Below are positions 60,031 through 64,000 of a stretch of DNA of 64,000 nucleotides, in pieces. Source of the DNA: Alloascoidea hylecoeti (lineage: Eukaryota); the NCBI GenBank assembly GCA_001600815.1, contig BCKZ01000024.1:124001-188000 (forward strand), in the 5' to 3' direction. Numbering within the stretch: the stretch's first letter is position 1; each line of letters begins with the position of its first letter. The position numbers and the translations under genes are program-made. Below the pieces are notes generated by a model. It had not been told where the DNA came from, did not search any database, and was given only the letters and a program-made list of their open reading frames with translations.

Positions 60031-62336
60031 TCAAGCCCTTCTAAAGCCTCTAGATATATTTTTAAGGTTCTTTAAAACGATATCTAGAGCAGGATATTTG
60101 GCTATTCTATTAATATTTCTAACGTTAGTATGGTATTCTCGAGCTGTTACAAGTCTATCCTCTAATTTTGTATGCGCGCCTGTTTGAACAATGGCCTTAA
60201 TTGGAATATTTGGTACATTTTGCAATGTAGTTTCCATCTTCATAGGTCCTGCATTCACATATTTCATAGCTCGACTAGTATTTAGGAATCGAGATGTAAG
60301 TGAATGTGCCGTTCCGTATTGATTTGAATGTGGTACAGTAATATAGAGTTGTTCTAAAATTTAAATGGTTAATAAATAAAATACGATAATTGTAAACCAG
60401 AGACACACTTACTCCTAGCTCTAGTTATTGCCACATATAGCAAACGACGTTCCTCTTGAAGAAGATTCCAATTATTCAAGGCCTTTGGACCTGGGAGGGT
60501 ATCATCATTCATGCCAGTAAGAAAAACAACATCAAATTCTAATCCTTTGGTTGAATGGATAGTGGAAAGTAACACTTGTTTTACATTTGGTAGTGATTCA
60601 AAATTATTAACACTGTTCAAAAAGAAATTTAATGATTTTGAATATGGCTCACTATTACCATTGCTTCTTTTAATTGTAATTGGTGATTCTAAATTTTTTG
60701 TAGTACTTTGTATAATTGAAAATAAAGATTTTATATGTCTCCATTTTTGAGGGTATTGCCCTGGATCTTTGTTTATTAATTCATTTTCTAATTCTGTTGC
60801 TTCAATAATTGAATTTAACGCTTCACAAATTGTACCACCATCATAAGGGTTTGATTCCACAATCTTTCGTGCATTTTCTATAGTTTCTATAAGTTTCTCT
60901 ACTCCAGGTTTTACAGATGGAGACCATTTATAATCATGAATAAAATCCCAAACTGGTATATCATTGGCTTTTGCTTCTTTATAAATTTTTATTTGGGCTG
61001 ATCGACCCACGCGTTTAACTGTCCCAAGTAAACGTAATAGAGAAAATCGATTATTAGTAGAATCAATAACTTTTAGATAATCCATTAAATTTCTAACTTC
61101 TTCATGATTCCATAATGGATCTGTTCCTGAAAAATGGACATTGAGACCTCGAAGTTTTAATCGTCTTGCAAATTCAATGAGTTCAGCATTAGTCCTTGCT
61201 AAAACCGCAATATAACCAGTTGATTTTTCCTGCCTTGTCGTCATAATTTTATGAATTTCTTCAATAACCCAATTCTTTTCAGTTTCTCGATCCTCAAAGT
61301 GTTTTAAAAAAGGTAACGAACCCGATTTTACCACATGTTTAATATTAATTTCTAAGGGTTTGGGATTTAAAATTGTACTTGCTAATGTCAATATTTCAGG
61401 TGTCGATCTAAGGTTTTCTTCTAAAGTAATCCTTTTAATATCAGATTTCCTGCTATCGTTTTCCAAATTTCCTAGTAATGTATGATAATCTGAACCTGAA
61501 AACCCCCAGATAGATTGATCTGGGTCACCAGCTATCGTTAGGCTACTTGCTTTCTTTCCGAGCAAATTTATAATATAATATATTTTAGGATTCATGTCTT
61601 GATACTCATCAACTAAAATCATATTAAAATCTGATAAACATTCAGGATTTTTCTCCATCAATTCTATACTTTTGTCAAAAATATCTTCAAAATCTAATAA
61701 ATTTAGATCTGTCATTATTTCCTTATATTTTTCAAAGGCGTCAAGATATTCTGGGACTAATTTTTTAATATTGATTTGCCCTTGTTTTATTTTTCTAGCT
61801 ATTGAAGCATGTAAAGCAGGAGTCTTAACATTTAGTAATGAACCCACTATATATTTTTGATCATTAGCATCAATTACTTGACAACTTTCATTAACTCCAA
61901 CCATTTCTCCATATTTTTGTAATAATCCTCGACATAATGAAGAAAAAGTATGAAAATTAATACGTTCTGGGATATCAGGTCCACAAATTTCTTGCATTTG
62001 GTTCCGTAGTGCAATAACAGATCTATTAGATAAAGAAACTACAAGTATTTTTTCTGGTTCAATTCCTTGATTCACCCAATATATCATTCGATAGACAAGA
62101 GACCTTGTTTTCCCTAAGTATAAAGAAAATAAGATGTTAACCAATTTGATTCAGAATTAATGATGTATCTAAAAATTGCTTATCTTACCGGTTCCAACTG
62201 GGGCTATTATCTGTAAATTTGATTTAAGAGGATAAGTAGCAATCTCATATTGTCTTTCAGTCATTTTCAACTGAATTAATTTTGTAGAAGCTACATCTTC
62301 ATTTTCTAAGTCACCTTTTGGCTCATCGGTCATCAT
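60031..62336 (-). CDS. HMI1: UvrD-family DNA helicase, mitochondrial Hmi1 type; exons 62336-62189, 62113-60413, 60353-60031 (~723 aa)
   Basis: APVGTG|KT, VDEYQD, GDPDQSIWGF, NLRST, STIHSTKGLEF and EERRLLYVAITRAR|KQLY motifs. The size and basic C-terminal tail (LKNLKNISRGFRRA) fit Hmi1 rather than Srs2. Confidence 0.75.
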
Positions 62337-62441
62337 TGAAAAGTTAAAGTGAAAATTAATTAAGAGTAAATAATACAATACACGTGATTCAACTATGAAG
62401 TGTACGTGTGTATGTGATAATTATCTATATTATATACTTAA

Positions 62442-64000
62442 TTAAATTTGACCTTCAAAAGCTTCCGTCAATGTTTTAAAATGCTTAATTTGTTCCTCAG
62501 CATATTCACCTTCATTTTCACTCAAAATTGTTGTAACTAGAAAGTAATTATTATATAAAAATTGTTCTCTTTTAAAAGCATTTACATTTGATTTCTTTTT
62601 ATCATGAGCACTACCAATAACAGTACTTAATTTAGTTAATGCTGATTCAAAATCATTTTGTAAACGAGTTAAACTAGCAGATAATGGTTCACTTTGTTTC
62701 GTATCCAAATCGTTATTACTTAATTTAAGTAAACCAGAAACAAAACTTGCAAAATGTTGTGTCATTTGATGAGGAGCTACAGAATCATTAGATCCATAAA
62801 AAGATGATTTTGTTGAAGCACGTCTAATAGAATCACAATTAGCATCAATGATTACTTGAAATCGTGGCCATAATGTAATTAATTGAAGATTAAAGTAATC
62901 ATCTAAGATTGGAATCCGACGGTGTTGAAGTTCAAATTGTAATTTTTGAGAAATTCGAATACAGATTAAAATACCGAATGAATCAAAAGTCTCAGCAATC
63001 AAATTTTTGGTATGTTGCTAAAATTTGTTAAGTTAATAAATGATAACAATATGTTTGAAGTGTTTAGTACTATTAATCTTACCTCGCCCACCTTAAATGA
63101 TGGTGTAAATATTTCTTCAAAAACTTTTCCCCTTTCCTCATTTGAATTGAAAACAAAGAATTCATCAATGAATTGATATTCAACAGTACCATTATCCACA
63201 AGTGCCAAATTAAAACTTCTAAAACTTGTTTCTATCCAAAATGTCTAAACATTAAAAGTTAGTTATACAAAAATATGAAGAAAAAAAAGGTATTAAAAAA
63301 AACATACCGCTGGGTTATTTTTGGCAATTTGTGATAACATGACAGTTGGATCTTCAGCATCAATAATTCCAATTCTTTTCCCTAAAGCTAAATATTCCCC
63401 AATATTTAATTTTTCTTTTGTTGATTGGGTATATGATGATAAAAATCCAACTGTAGCACTTTCATCAGCACAAATTAAAACATTTCTATCAACATTATGA
63501 AGTTTTAATTTTTCTAAATTTCTTGCATATCTTTGAAAACCATTTAAATAATACCAACGAATTGTATTTATATAAGCTTGACGTAATTTTATTGCTAATT
63601 TTGGATGTAATTCATAAATAAAAGAATATATTTCTTTAACATGTAATAATTCTTGTTGTATTGATTGAGAATTAACACCATTAACTCGTAAATGACGGAT
63701 TTTTAAAACTATAAAATCTCTAATTCTTTCAACAGCTTTTAATATTAAAATGTGTAAGACTTTTTCCATTTCATGTAATGATACCATATTATGACTAGTA
63801 TCATTTTCATTTTCATTTTCATTAGTATTTTTATTTTTATCTTCATTAATTTTTTGTTGTTCTCTTAAAGATTTATAATAATCTCTTTTTATTTTTATAA
63901 CTTTTAAATGATTAATCCATTGAGAATTAATTTCTCCATTAACAATTCCTAAAACAACTTTTGGAGGAATAATTAATGGTTCAATAAATTGATTTAAATT
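62442..64000 (-). CDS. VPS52: GARP complex subunit Vps52, 5'-truncated by the window; exons >64000-63308, 63244-63083, 63017-62442
   Basis: KAVERIRDF, QAYINTIRWYY, FRSFNLALVDN, DSFGILICIR, LWPRFQ and FLYNNY motifs. Introns 63307-63245 and 63082-63018. Confidence 0.9.

Overview
AT-rich, intron-containing budding-yeast (Saccharomycotina-type) chromosomal segment. Introns use GTATGT/GTAAGT/GTAAGA donors, CTAAC/TTAAC branch points and YAG acceptors; one conserved Leu in LYS9 is encoded by CTG, consistent with the standard code. About 20 protein genes are recognisable: LYS9, MSO1, a Myb-domain factor, ERG28, CAP2, HAA1-like, UBR1, PTC6, an ESS2/DGCR14-like gene, a TIR/SRP1-type GPI protein, RSM19, DBP6, ACP1, ECM3-like, an EamA/DMT transporter, CLA4, PFK27-like, a ~1050-aa coiled-coil protein, POP3, HMI1 and a 5'-truncated VPS52. 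The non-routine structures are: (1) two near-identical 2.3-kb copies of a dead hexose-transporter locus in inverted orientation around a 12.9-kb three-gene core, with older decayed homology beyond the near-identical part, which could be an invertible segment or an assembly effect; (2) sharp GC peaks with a G-to-C (purine-to-pyrimidine) strand-skew switch centred on very short intergenic gaps, extreme at DMT/CLA4; (3) a ~620-bp fold-back palindrome; (4) several decayed Tc1/mariner, hAT-like and gypsy-like relics. No tRNA, rRNA, CRISPR or MAT genes were seen. All calls come from manual reading and motif recognition, not database searches.
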